Source: Raillietiella orientalis
Lineage: Eukaryota
Assembly: GCA_036172245.1 (NCBI GenBank)
Contig: JAYWIR010000015.1
Span: 3,782,001 to 3,846,000 of the forward strand
DNA: 64,000 nucleotides
Reading direction: 5' to 3'
Every line of letters starts with the position of its first letter. Positions within the stretch are counted from its first letter, which is position 1. This document shows, in pieces, positions 25,191 through 37,549 of this stretch. The position numbers and the translations under genes are program-made. The notes under the pieces were generated by a model. It did no database searches and had not been told where the DNA came from. It saw only the letters and a list, made by a program, of their open reading frames with translations.

Positions 25191-26100
25191 ATTTATTTAT
25201 ATGAAAAATAAACATACAGGTCAGTGTCAGGACCAAGCCCCGTTATAAATATGCTAAAAAGAACCTGCCGAGCACCGGCACGCAGACCGTCGAGGTTCGC
25301 CTCGGCAGCAGAGGGGGAGGAGGGACAAACAAAAAAGGAAAAATAAAACAAAAAATATATACAAAAAAGGGAGGGTTCTGGAAGGGTTCGGGAAGGGATC
25401 ACCGGATGCTGGAGGGAGTCCTCTGCATCCTTCTAAGGATGCCGGCAAGTTCCTGGTTTATGGCTCCCAGATGGGGCCATTTTGACGCTGTCCTCATGAA
25501 AAGGACAGCAAAATAGATGGCGTCCCTGCCGTTCTGGTCTCCTCTGGAGTTCCTCCGTGCAGCCAAGATCCCTCCACGTGTGCAGCAAAGTGATGCTAGG
25601 TATGCAGCGAGCATGAGGGCGTCGCTCAGGAAGAGGCGCTTCAGAACATTTCTGGGATTGCTCTCGAGATCCGCAAGGACGCGGCAAAGAGCAGTCCGCA
25701 AGGACGCGGTAAAGAGCTCCCACAGGCTGCGGAGAGCAACACAGTCCACGAGCAGGTGCGGGAGGGACTCTCTTTTGCCACACCTGCTGCAGTTTGGGAC
25801 TCACCTCCTCCTCCAGGTCCAATGATGGAGGCGGACGTTGCACGGGAGGCCCCAATGCAACAGAAGGATCGTCGACTCCTGCCACTTTAGGGGGAGAGTT
25901 GCACTGTTCCAGAACGCTGGGGGTCACTGTACCTTCTCCGGAGGAATTTGCAGGAGCTCTTCCCAGCGTAGCAGTCCTTTTGGAGGGACACCCGGGGTGG
26001 CAGCATCCTCCAGCTCCCGAGTTGTCCACGTACTTTAATGTTTTTTCCTGTTGTTAATTACGCACGGAAGGTTGCTGTCCCTTGCTTCCCGTAGGAAGAG
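25191..26100 (-). mobile_element. LINE 3' fragment, L1/Tx1-type (family A copy 2)
   Basis: LLHWGLPCNVRLHHWT...PNCSRCGKRESLPHLLVDCVALRSLWELF...LAGILRRMQRTPSSIR* aligns with copy 1 (LAVILQRMQRTATSRQ*); same stop position and same 3' end motif. Confidence 0.75.
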
Positions 26101-26199
26101 CAGCATAGGGGCTAGGGGGGTGAACGACGCCCAAAGCAGGTTCCTGGTGTTACCCAGGATCTCCCTCAACGACTAAAAAGGGAGAAAAAGGGGGGGGGG

Positions 26200-27800
26200 A
26201 GGACCGCTGTCCGCTGAGGATGCTGACTTCACTGGAGCGAGCTGCGGGGAGGGGGTCGGCCGTTGCGACCCTGCCTGGCACCCCTCTCACCCCGAGGAGG
26301 TTTTGGCGCTTATCCCGCTCCTGCTACTCGGTCCTGGAGAGAGAAAGGATGGAGCGTGCGACAAGCTCCAAAAGAAGCGGAGGCATTCCTCTGGTTCCCA
26401 TGGCTACGGACGAGGGCGCTCACGCGAGGAGGTTCGAGATACTCACCTGCAGCTCTCTGCGATCGAGAAAGGAGGGAAGGGGAGGCGGGAGGGATTGAGG
26501 GAGCGAGGAGACCATAGAGGACAGGAATTGGGATCGGGAGAGCGTGAGAGCGCCCCGGTCCCTCCCCGCAAGCGAACCGGCGGTGCCAGGGGGAAGGAGG
26601 GGTCTAAGAAGGGAAGGACAGGAGCTGCCGCGCGCGCGCCCTCGTCCGCGCGGGACCTTGCAGGACCTTGTCCTTGTCGGAATGTCCTCCGGAGGGCAGG
26701 AGCAGCTGCCCCAGCTTCTCTCTTCCCCAGTCCCCCTGAGTCCAGTGGGTCCCTCCGCCCAAAAAACCAGCGGGAACTCTGGCCTCCATTCCCGTCTCCG
26801 CTTTCTGGGAAACTCCCTTCGGAGGCGTCCCGGCGACCCTTGGAAGGGGAGAGGGAAGCCCCTCCTCGCCTTCGATTTCCTGAGGAAACCCCCTCAGGGC
26901 AAACTTCACGGGCTCGCCTCTCCCCCTCCAGGCTGTTCTTTCTCTCCCGAACCCGTGATCCCTGTCGGAGGGTTCCCCTCCCCCACCCGATACGGAGGAG
27001 ATGAAGCGTTCTTCCTGCCTGCTCCTCCTAAAGAAAGGGGGGCAGATCTTGCGCAAGGGAGAAGAACGGTCAGTGCCCAAAAGCACCCTCTTGGGCACTG
27101 ACCTCCACCAGGGCCTTCGGGATATCTTGCGACATCTTCCCCTTTTCCTGCTCTCCCCTCCGGAACTCTCTGCACCTCCCCCTCGGCCTTGATTTCCGTG
27201 GGTCCTGCCATCCGCGTGTCTCAGAGGACCATCCGAGTCTCGCGGAGATCATACCACTTCTGAGGGTGTTTTCCGATCAGCCTTCCAGAGGTCTTCAATT
27301 CCCGACTGGAGGAGGAGGATCGACCTCGGCTGGCATCGCACCGTGCGCGCAGGCGATCGCTCTCTCGACGTGGGGCGTTCCCGTGGCAACGAAGGAAAGA
27401 TTCGCTCGTTACCTCCGCCCACCTCGCCCCGGGGGAGGGGGACCACTCGAAAGATTCGCAGCCTTTGCCTCCAGGCTGTCTCCTCCCCTCCTCCGTCCTC
27501 TGACCCAGCTGCCATGGGTCTCCTTGAACGCTTGAGGACTACCGCGGGGCGTTCGGCTCCTGCGCAGCGCCGCGTGGGCCCGCGCAGCCGGTGACCGAGG
27601 CGACCCTTACCCAGAGCGTCCCGGAAAGGTCATCCTCCCACCGACGTGCTCCCCGGGCGTTTCCAAGCTCGATCTCCGCTCCGCAGGGCCGGGAAGTGAC
27701 GAGGCTCCTCGAAAACTCTCGCTCCCCCCCCCCCTTCCCGGGACGCGCCAGGGACACTGATTCGCGAGGGTAATAGGGGGCCGGGAGAGGAGAGAGGAGA
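26200..27800 (+). mobile_element. Decayed L1/Tx1-type ORF2 (linker plus RT)
   Basis: PQGKLHGLASPP (GKxPGxDGxP), LLLKKGG...TLLGTD (LLxKKG...LLNTD), LSTWGVP, PPGCLLP (QGCPLSP). Confidence 0.55.
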
Positions 27801-28399
27801 GAAAAAGAGGCAGGGGAAGGAGGAGAAGCTCCAGGTCATGAGGATGGCGCCGGAACCTGGCACGAAGGTCCGTTGCTGGGGGAGAGTGCGCCCTCCGCGA
27901 CGGAGCGGGAGCCGTGATCGTCTCCCTGCCAAAACCCCCGCTCCCTGGGTGTCCTTCCTGACGTCGGGAGTCCGAGGAAGAGGGCGGAGCCTGCCCTCCC
28001 CGCAGCGGGCGTGATCTGCGGATACGGGCCTCCCTCCCGTCCCCGGATCCTCCGGGGCAGTAATGCTGGAGCAGTGAGGCCGAGCTAGCGACTTCCGTCT
28101 CCATGCCCAGGAGGGGTGATCAAGAGACCCCCTGGCCGTTCACGCGGAGGGAGCAATGCAGCTGATCGGCTGCCCCTTTTTGCGCGCCTCTAATCGCTCC
28201 TTCCATGCGGCCCCTCCTCCTACCCCTGCCACCCGACCGGTCTGAGATTAGGCGGCCCTCCCAAGCCGCAGGCACGCAACTTGAGGTCAGCCTGCATTAG
28301 ACCTTTGGGCAGGTGCCGCGCTCGGGTGCACGGTGCGGACCGGGAGCGCGGCGCCTCGGCGGCCCCTGCCCCGTCCTTCCTTTAAGCTCGGCCCCGGTG

Positions 28400-29900
28400 C
28401 TCCCTGAGAACAAGGGAAGTTCTGGGAAGACCACGACGCGGCGTCGGCTCTCCTCTCCTTGGCCTGGAAGCGCCGCTCCCGTGCAGCCCTGTGGAAAATC
28501 CCCAGGCGTTCCCTGTGTCGAGGTCGAAGGCACGTCGGAGAGCACCTGCCCCTCCGCTCCCTCCGCTAAGGAGCGTTCGCCTTCCATCCCGTCTCCTCCG
28601 GTATGTCATGCGGGCAGGGAAGGGGGGGGACAGGCGGGAATCGTTCCCGGAGCCGCCGCCCGGCGGTCCGATGCAGGGCATCCTCTGCTTCCCGTCTGTG
28701 ATCGCTCGCTTGCCTTCTGGCATCGCTCGCTCCCGATTTCCGGGCCGCCGACACCTCTTGATCTTCCTGACCGCGGTTTCCCAGCTGTTCGGCGATGAAT
28801 TTCTGGAATTTTCTCGCGTGATCGATATTGGGGCTGCTTCGGGAAGCGGCGTCCCTCCTTCCCTCTCCCCTCCCCCCTTCCTTCCTCACCCGCTCTTCCC
28901 TCCGCGAGACTCCTCGGTAATTCCCTAGAACGCTTTCCCTCTCCTTCCCTCTGTGTCGGCGGGCCCTTCGTGCCAGTCACGCGAGCGTTCGCGCGGCCGC
29001 GTTCTCCCTGCCCGGGAGCCCTGCCGACGCCCTGAAGGAACAGAGGCCCTCAGGGTGCGCGGACCCTCCGCCCCGATTTCCCCTCCCCCCCAACTCGGCC
29101 TTGCCGCGCGAGACCCGCCTCCAGCAGTGGGACGGGTCTGCGTGCAGCAGCAGCAGCAGCACGCGAAGCAAGCAGCGCGGGCCGGAGCCCGTCTGGTCGA
29201 GAGGGTGCCCCCGCATTCCGTGACCGTAGGCTTCTCTCCTCCTCCTCTTTCACGGCTCTTCCACCGGCGTTATTTCGTGGAGGAGCGGCAGAGCTGCCCA
29301 CGAGGATGGGGACCCGGCTGCCGCAGGTAGGGGGGGGGAGGGGAAGAGCTATTCCGCCGGCCCTCCTCGAGGCTCGCCGCCGCCTCGCTCCCCTCCGGCG
29401 CCTGCGCCCAGCTCCGCCTCGGGAAGCCGTCTTCACCAGGGGCGGATCCCGGCTCCCCCACTCGAGCTCCTTCTCCGTCCCCTCCCGAGAGTGGGCCGAC
29501 GGCGCTGGCTGTGTCAGAGGGACTCCTCCGCTCTCCTTGAGGATGACGGCTGCTTCCGGAGGGCTCTTCAAGTCTTCCGACTTTCAAGAACCCCTGCCGC
29601 CACTCTTCCTACCTTTAGTGCAGGGGAGTCCCGTCCTCCTTTCTCCGGAGAAGAGACTGGAGATGGGAAGACTGGTTCTTCCTGGGGGCGGCATCCGCTC
29701 CGCAACTCCTGGAAGCCGGAACGCTCCCCCCTCCCCCCACATCGCCTCTCCTTCTCTCGGCCGCGCCCCTATGCATCCGCGATGGGCGTCTGAAGGAGGG
29801 GAGAGTGGCCCCGGCGCGCCAGGAGCCCTTTGGACCCTTCCTTCCTTTCTCTCCCGGGGATGTCCCTCTCTTCCACCTTGGCGGGATCGAAAAACCCCGG
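28400..29900 (+). mobile_element. Decayed L1/Tx1-type RT C-terminal half and post-RT region
   Basis: GPMQGILCFP (GxxQGxPxSP), RHLLIFL...GAASG (DDxxIFL...SG), ASGGLF (PxxxGGL). Confidence 0.4.
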
Positions 29901-30030
29901 AGGCATGGTATTGATCCGGCGGGCTCACTCCAGCGAATCCAGACGGAGGGGAGCGAGAGGGACCGCTCGTCCAAGCTCCGAGTTCTCTGAAGGCGATGAG
30001 AGGGCCTGAGGTTCCCGGGGTCCATGAGCC

Positions 30031-30080
30031 CTGCTGAGACGGGTCCAGGGGGCTGCTGAGACGGGTCCAGGGGGCTGCTG
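30031..30080. repeat. 22-bp perfect tandem duplication (2.3 copies)
   Basis: CTGCTGAGACGGGTCCAGGGGG twice, followed by CTGCTG. Confidence 0.9.
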
Positions 30081-30899
30081 CAAGACCCACCTTCCCGCCA
30101 CGGAAGGTCTTCCCCCGCGGGCGAATCTTATCTTCGTCTTCCGCGTCTGACCGGAGAGCAAGGGAGGGGGAGGGAGGGGGAGGGAGGGGAGAGTGCCACC
30201 CGGTCACGCTGGGGCGTTTATTAAAAACTACTGAACAATTGTGGTACGAGGCCCCACTACGTCCAATTCATCTCGAAAGGGGAGAGAGGGCAAGAGAAAC
30301 GCCGTCCTGACCACCGAACCTCCCCTTCTAGGATGAAAGCTCGCGCTCGGCCGACCTTCGAAGATCCACGACTCCCCTAGCGGTCCGTTCTTCTAGAGAT
30401 GTCTCCTGCACGATAGGTCTTTCCGCTTCCTCTCGCACCGTTCACCAACAGACGGGCATGTCTCCTTCCAGTGCCCGCCGCACTCAGAGGATGCACCCCT
30501 AGGGACCCGAGAAGAGCTTCCGCCAGGGTTGCCGTGTCGACTCGCGGCACAGGAACGACGGTGCGTCGGGCGGCGAACGCAGACGGGTCGTCTGCAACCG
30601 AGGGCAAAAACGGAGAAGCAGTTGTGGCTTGTCTCTAGGGAGATGCGGAGAGCGCATGGGAATGAGCGCTAAGCCCACCACAATTCATGTACTGCCCTGC
30701 CCTCAAGGCTTTTGGACTCTCGTAGGACCCAATGCTCTACTTTGACCTAGTGGTCCTGCCTGTTGATAGCACATCCCCAACGGTAAAGGGTGAGAATTCG
30801 CAGCTCTGCACTGCCACCTCAAGCGTATCCGGCAGGATGGTTCGTGCAATCCCTACTCCATTGGGATGCGATTCTTCGTCCTCACGGCGACGAAATTTC

Positions 30900-33762
30900 T
30901 CCTAGAATTTCGGTAATGGATTGTATTTCGAGCTGGACGCAGGAAATGGAACCGCATCTTGGCCAACAGGTGGCACCTCGGTGGGACTCAGGAACTCAAA
31001 CGCCACCTCATTCTCCAGCATCTGAAGTTGCAGAGAATCGTGTGATGCAGCTGGCAGAGAATGGAGACATTGAGGGAGAGCTTCAGGCGATTCAGCAGCG
31101 AGTCCGCCGCCAGCTTGGATCCTCTGCCTGTAGTCCAGCAGGTCCAGCATCCAGCATCTACGTCCTCGTGGCAGCGTGCAGACTGACGCCGAGGGTCTTC
31201 AGCAGCTTTTACCTGCTCAAGAGACTCTGGGTCTCGATACAGAGGACGTAGGTCGCGTAGTCAGAGTCCCCCCTGCGCGAGGGGAGCGGAGGGGAAAGGT
31301 TGTGCTCTTCCTCCTCTGGACCTCCCCTTCACCCGCAGAGGTTCTTGGAGAAGAATCTTGTCGTTGCCACCTCGAATTCCATCTTCCGGTACAGCTTCAT
31401 GGCTGCTTCACCTCCTGAACGAACCTTGTGAGTCTGCGCCGGTGAGGTGCCCGCTTTACATCGTTGTGGACAAGAACAAGGCACTTGTCGGTCTCGGCTG
31501 CCCTGTACCATCTGGCGTGACACTCCAGCCAACCCATGTTTTGTGGAACATCCACAGATCCTACTAACTCCTCTGCCCAGAGTGCTTCTTCAATAGCAGA
31601 GGACTTCATTCACGGATGAATATGTTCTCATCCCCGGTCCCCTCACCCTATCGCTTGACCTTCCATGATCAGGGCCAGTGGTCCAGAAACGATCCGAAAA
31701 ACAGCAAACCGTTTAAGGATGCTGTGCATCTCTTGGAAACTCATCAACAATAGGAGGAAAAGGGGGAGCTGTCGAGGCGACCGGCGGAGAAGCTGCTTCA
31801 TGCACCCTTTCAGACGCTCTCATGGCCACAATAGAGTGACCTTTGTGCCACTCTTGTGGCGGCCTCGCTCGCTAAGTGACGCCCTAAGGCGAGACCACAT
31901 CAACCTGCTTCGTCCTTTCGCTTTCACTTGGGAAAGGTCGCAATTACCCTCGCACACTTCCCCAGTGACCATCATCCATTTCCAGAAAAGTGTCTAAATG
32001 GAGATTTCGGTCTACTCTTGATCTCTATCGGAACCTATCCCGATGCTCTCGAACTGGATCGTTCGACATGCAGTCTGCGACACTGGACAGACGTTTCGCA
32101 TCACTCATCCAGGATTCGAAGAGGGAGCTACTCCAGATGAGTGACAGCGAGGCAACCACTCCAAACAATGCGCCTTCCGGTTGCAGGGATCAGTTTGCAA
32201 ACAGCATATAAGAAGAGTACAACGCGCAGAACGTATGGTGTCATCCGCTAACAGCAGGCAACGGCAGGCAAGGCCTTTCGCTTTCTCTCCCTATTCTGAC
32301 ACTCCGGAGACTTCGTTTTCCAGATCTCTTACTTCGCGACAGAATCTCGAGGTGCATTAATTTTACTGTGCTCGCAGGGCCTCGCAAGTGCTTTTCTCTG
32401 ACCACTAAAGATATGTTTGCAATGTGAAGTTGCGTTGGCTCTGTATGATGACAACTGAAATGCAGAGATGAGAGCAGGAGAGGAAAATGTCCCGCCCCTA
32501 AGGAGATTCCCTATCCAGAAAGCACCCCGTGCTTGGGGCCTTGCACGAAGCACACTGTTTTCCAGGTCAAAGAGAATCGAGGGGTTTGAGAGGTGCATAT
32601 CGAGAACAGAGACATCTGGAGAAGCAAAGAGCATCAACGCAAATCATCCTCGGAACACCACTGAGTTGGTACACCTCAGACAACAGCGAATTCTGGCCTT
32701 GTCGTCCTCACATGCTTTCACACACGACCAATCCAAACCACGGGAATGCTTGTTGGGAACAACTTGTGCACTTATTGTTCCCCAATGCGACTGCTTAACA
32801 CAACGGTCGACGGCGTCATCTCCAGCAGCAGCATGAGGAGAAAGTTTACCTCCGGGGCGAGAGCATTGCAGAGAGAACACGCGTAGCAATCCCTCGCGGT
32901 CAAGGGGGAGTCATGCAGTGTGTGGGCATGCTCCACGCCTCAGGCTTCTTCGTCACCAATACCTGAAGAATACCTGAAGTTCCAGAATTACAGATTCATC
33001 CACTCAGCCCGACTGAACGTCCTATCAATCAGGGCCGGACCGGACCCAGGATGAAACCAGAGGAACTCGCGTGTCGGCGCTGCCGGACGGAGGACGAAAC
33101 GTTGACTCATTTATTAAACCGATGCAGGAGGCATTTTCGTTCGCGTGGCAGCATGCGATCCAAGAAATGATCAGCATGGCCGAGATGGATGAGGCAAAGT
33201 GGACCTTAGTGTCCACCAACCAGAGAGCTCCAGGAACGGATTTCCTCCTGCGACCAGACCTGGTACTGAAGAAAAGAAATCGAATAAGAGTGCTGAACAT
33301 CTGCTGCCCGTTCGAGGGGGAGAAGAGACATTCAGCACAGCTAGGAGGAACAAACTGGAAAAGTACGAAGGGGATGCCTTCCAGCTTGGCAGAGAGGGGA
33401 AACAATGCAAGGTACATGCTCTCATCGTTGGCTCACTGGGAATCTGGGACCCAGGTAATGAGGAAGTGCTGCAGGATCTTGGAATCCCTAAGAAGCACTC
33501 GGAGAAGATGAAGCACTGGATGGTGGTTTCGTGCATCTGGTACTCCAGCGACATTTACGCAGCCCACGTCATACTAGGGACCGACAACCAGATACAGCTG
33601 GAGAACCCAGCGGTCAGCTCTTGCGAGACGGAGGACAGGAAGCTGAGGAGGCGACATGCTGTGGGACGACCAGCGTCCCACAAGGACAGATAAGGAATCC
33701 CGGGAGAATGCCAAGAGCCTCCCCTGTAACGCGATGCTAAATTGTAAATTTAAGCAATAAAA
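30900..33762 (+). mobile_element. Decayed RLE-type non-LTR retrotransposon, NeSL/Utopia-like (RT remnant, CCHC knuckle, restriction-like endonuclease)
   Basis: YRFIHSARLNVL (32989), CCHC CRRCRTEDETLTHLLNRC (33072-33125), LRPDLVL...ICCPFEG, then after a frameshift ARRNKLEKY...ALIVGSLGIWDPGNEEVLQDLGI...WYSSDIYAAH; AATAAA at 33756. Weak RT traces upstream (LLHLLNEPC...YIVVDK, NMFSSPVP) at 31330-31700. The 5' boundary is uncertain. Confidence 0.85.
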
Positions 33763-35599
33763 CTCCTCAACGCGAGATGGCTGATTGATTCGTTGGATGA
33801 ACTCGAATTGGACGAATCGTGACGAGTGGGAGAAAAATAAGGTACAAAGGCAATGGGTGTAAGAACGAGGATCGAGTCACCAGAAAAATGAATTTGCCAG
33901 CATCGTCCAACTCCATACGCACGCTCCCATCGCCGCGTCCTGCACGGTCCCGCACATCCTCGTTCCCCCTTCGTGGCAGGTGTCTGTGCCAGCTTGCAGA
34001 TGTCGCATAGGCGGCTAAGGACCTCCTGGTGTCGTAGAGCTGGTGCGCGATGTGCACGCACAGAAAACACTCAAAGGCGTGCGAACCTTCACGAGGTGGT
34101 ATCCCTGCAGATGTGCAGCACTGGGATCATCAAAGACTTTCCAGTCAGTGCAATCGCACAAGTAGATGTTCCTTTTTCTCGTTCAGGACTCAAAGCTCCT
34201 TCAAAGTCCCTGAGGGATGGAAGGATGCAAGTCATGGCTGATTGAAACAAGCTCAGAGATTATGGAGGTACCGGTATGGTCTCGGTATGGAACACCTTGA
34301 CTGACGCAGGGGGAAGATCCAACCTAACTCTGTGGTGCTACAAAGGACTCTCGGTGCCATTTTCAAAGGACTTTCTGCAGATGCTCATCAGGATTGTGAT
34401 CAATCAGGTCTCCCTTTCCATTGTGCATCTCGACCGCGGATTAAGCAAGGTGGAGCCTGTTTCCAAGGCGTGCTTTTTCCCAGGTGCACTTCCCTTCTTC
34501 ATGCCTCTTTCTAAATCTTAAAGAGGACAACTTCGATTTTAAAACGGGCTCACGTTCGATCTCCGGACATACGTCTCTTTCAAGGATCTGTCCTTCCTTG
34601 CTACTTACAGGATAAGGACTTCGAAAGCTTCACGAGGCACGGAGGATGCCATGTATCCTCCTAGAGCGAGAATGAGTAGACTAGAGGAAGATTTCCTTCT
34701 GAGGGACCTCTGGACCGCGTCAACTATTCGGAGAAAAGCATTCGAAAGCTTCGTTATGCGACCAGTGGTTTTCCCAGACGTCCTCTTGTACCATGCTGAA
34801 GCAAGAAAGAATCCTGTTGTCGCCTGGCAAGGGTCCTTTTGTTGGAATTCTGGCATGGAAGTGCCAGGCATGAACGATTTGCCTTCCTTCTTGAGCCTGA
34901 GGCAGTGTTCCGTGATTCTCTCTCTCCCTGATGCTTCTCCTTCGCTGGCACTCCTGGAAGAAGCGAGCCGGATGCTTCCCTTTCCCCTTCAGCAAGGCGT
35001 TCGCTTCTCCTGTGGATAAGCGATGCCTTGCTGAGGGAGCATTGGCCGGTGAAAGTGTCGGTCGTACTCTCCGCGAGGCTGTACACTCTAGAAGAATGTC
35101 CCCAGTTCCGTAAGGAGAAATGAGCTCTTCCCGCTCCACGTCCCAGGTGGATGACAACTGCAGAGACTAGTGGGAACGGGTGTCGATGGCGGCGCGCGTC
35201 CCACTTGAGCAGTGAGCGAGCTGATGCGAACACAGCGCTGGGAAAGCCACATCAGAGACCTGTCTCCTCTCAGCGAATAGATCATTAGATGAACATGGAA
35301 AAGGCCGTGAATGGGTAGAGAAAAGTTTAATGACTTGAGGGTTAGTAAGAAAAAAAGTAAGATGCACTATAGTAAGAAAAAAAATATCGGAATCCAGCTG
35401 CAACCATGAATCTCGCACTCGCGCGTACGAGGGTGGGCCATGTGATCTGATGGCAAGGCCTTCAGCTCCCCATAAGGAACAGCAGGTCGCAAAGTTTACC
35501 ACGAGTTCTTGCTGCAGATTCCTTTCTCAGCCGAAAATCTTCGCGGAGATGAAAATTTGGCTCATTCATCTTACGTGCAAGCATTGTTTATTTCACTAT

Positions 35600-36255
35600 G
35601 TATGCATGTTCTTCTCTTGTTTCGAGATCACTGAAGTCCTCCGGGTCTGCTTACGCGAAGTTTCCACCTTTTCAGCGCTCTCATCAAGATGCCGAAATTT
35701 TCCTTCGTGAATGGCAGTTTCACCGACCACGTGGAGGCCTAATGGCATCATATCTGGACGGTACGGTGGATGATGAAACAACGCACTATATAATGGTCGA
35801 ACTGATGGCGGTCTTGCACACTGTGTGAGGGAGGGGTGAGTCTTTCATATTACACCTAGATGCGATCGATCATGAGCTGCCGTGAATAATCTCAGAAATG
35901 ATCTAAGAAGTCGATCCCTCCGGTTGATTTCATGAGTGCGTTGCATTTGGTAGGATTTCAAGGCGGAAGCTAGCTGGGTGCTGAATGGCTCATCGTACAG
36001 GATGGTGTTCCCTTCTCTGCGATCTCTTCTTAAGTCACTTCCAGCATTCAACTCCGCTTCTATCCGTATGGCAGTTTTCGTAAATGTTCTAAAGTTCATC
36101 ATAATTTCTTGATGTTTCTCTACAGAGGACTCATCCACGGCTCTCTCTTTGGAGAGTTCTCCACTCTTGGACGCCATTTTAAACACAGGCTGCACCCATA
36201 GCATTTGGAGAAATTCCCTTATCACAAAAAAAGAAGTTTCAGAAACAATATACAC
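35600..36255 (-). mobile_element. Mariner-type (Tc1/mariner) transposase pseudogene
   Basis: Ordered motifs LWVQP (WVP), AVDESSV (TGDExW), GVI*KDSPLPHT (GVILxHDNAxPH), FHHPPYRPDMMP (HPPYSPDLAP); stop and frameshift present. TIRs not identified. Confidence 0.75.
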
Positions 36256-36299
36256 TGGATCTCATCTGCCTTGGAAGGCTTTAGGTGGAATACATATGT

Positions 36300-36700
36300 A
36301 TACACATATGGTGCAATCATACTTAGTGACCCTAGCAAACTGCCGATTTTTCAGTTTTCTTGGGTCATGTTTTTGGAAAATGCCCTCATCTTTGTAACTC
36401 CCAGGCGGCATTCTTGCATTGCGCATGCTCAGTGACGAGGTACAAATGATGATTCACATCTGTTGTCTCTATACCCTGGACTCTTGACGATGCTTGCATC
36501 TCCGCCTCATCGTCCATATCTTAATGTTCTCCAAGTCGTACCAGCATTTTGCGAAGATCCTGGAATCAAATCCCTGTTTAAGCGGTTTCCAGACCTTTCT
36601 CCACAGGATTCCGAACTCGAATTCGAATCTCACTACGTGGAAATCAAGGATGCGATCACGACGGTGCAAAGAATCTATTAAACGAATGCCCCCCTCTAGC
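36300..36700 (+). mobile_element. Possible Tc1-like transposase remnant
   Basis: HCACSVTRY then LASPPHRPYLNVL resemble HxAxxV...WPPxSPDLNPxE; weak. Confidence 0.3.
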
Positions 36701-36869
36701 AGAGATTGCGACAGTGAGGAATCTTCAGTTTCTCTTTTTAAAAAAACCTCGGTGGCATGCATCACACGTAACACAAGCACGCAATTCCAGACAAGAAAAA
36801 TTCACTGGAAGAATCTTCCAGACTGGAAAATGAGCAGTTCTGAGGGAAAGACACGGGTGCCAGCCAACA

Positions 36870-37300
36870 CCATCTACACGTGCGGGGCTGACGGTGACTG
36901 GCAACAGTGGTAGGCAAAAGGTTCCCCACTTATTAACATTCCAAGCATCCCGAGTATTAGTGGGTTGCGTATGCTAAGATGACCGTCAGCAATGCGGTGA
37001 ATTGGAAGGATTCTAAAGATCAGGATCTAAAAATCCAAAATTTTTACGGCGCCCATTTACACTATGGCATCCACAAATGGATGGGCGTATTCAGAAATAG
37101 TTTTTCAATTACCAGGAAAATCCATTAATAAGAACGAAGCACATATGATTCCTTAAATGGCATGGGTGGAAACTGGAGAAGTCTTCTTTAATGGCCCACA
37201 ACAACGTCAACCCGAGTAGGTTTTCTCCACGGTGACAACCGAAGCAATCTCGACCCTCGTTTCGATCTTGCTGTTTGGCCGAATCACATGATGAGGAAAA
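36870..37300 (+). mobile_element. Decayed Ty3/Gypsy integrase core fragment
   Basis: KIFTAP / WHPQMDG (TAPYHPQxNG) followed by ILLFGR (SPxELLFGR). Confidence 0.5.
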
Positions 37301-37549
37301 TTACTGTAACAGGCGATGATGATCCGTGCATGAGTGAGGGCATAGCGAAACCGGAGGAGGCACCTACCACGAGGAACTATCAAAGGTGTTCGAGGATGCA
37401 AACACCCATAAGATGCAAATAACAAGAACACCCATATTTCGATTCAAGCAGGAAGAAGGCCAGCGCGCATTAAGATCGCAGGTCGAGGGATCTGCCCTGC
37501 AGCCCGCTGGAGAGGGGAAATCAGACCTCCTGCCCTACGAGGCGGTGGC

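Noticed and set aside
31329..31609. Minus-strand GTSPAQ...AAMKLYRKMEF resembling a GNAT/NAT8 acetyltransferase C-terminus
   Set aside because: It needs a frameshift and an insertion, has no splice signals, and the opposite strand fits ordered RT motifs of the NeSL-like element.
33767..34100. FECFLC...YDTRRSLAAY as a possible C2H2 finger or exon
   Set aside because: His ligands are missing and there are no convincing splice sites or further context.
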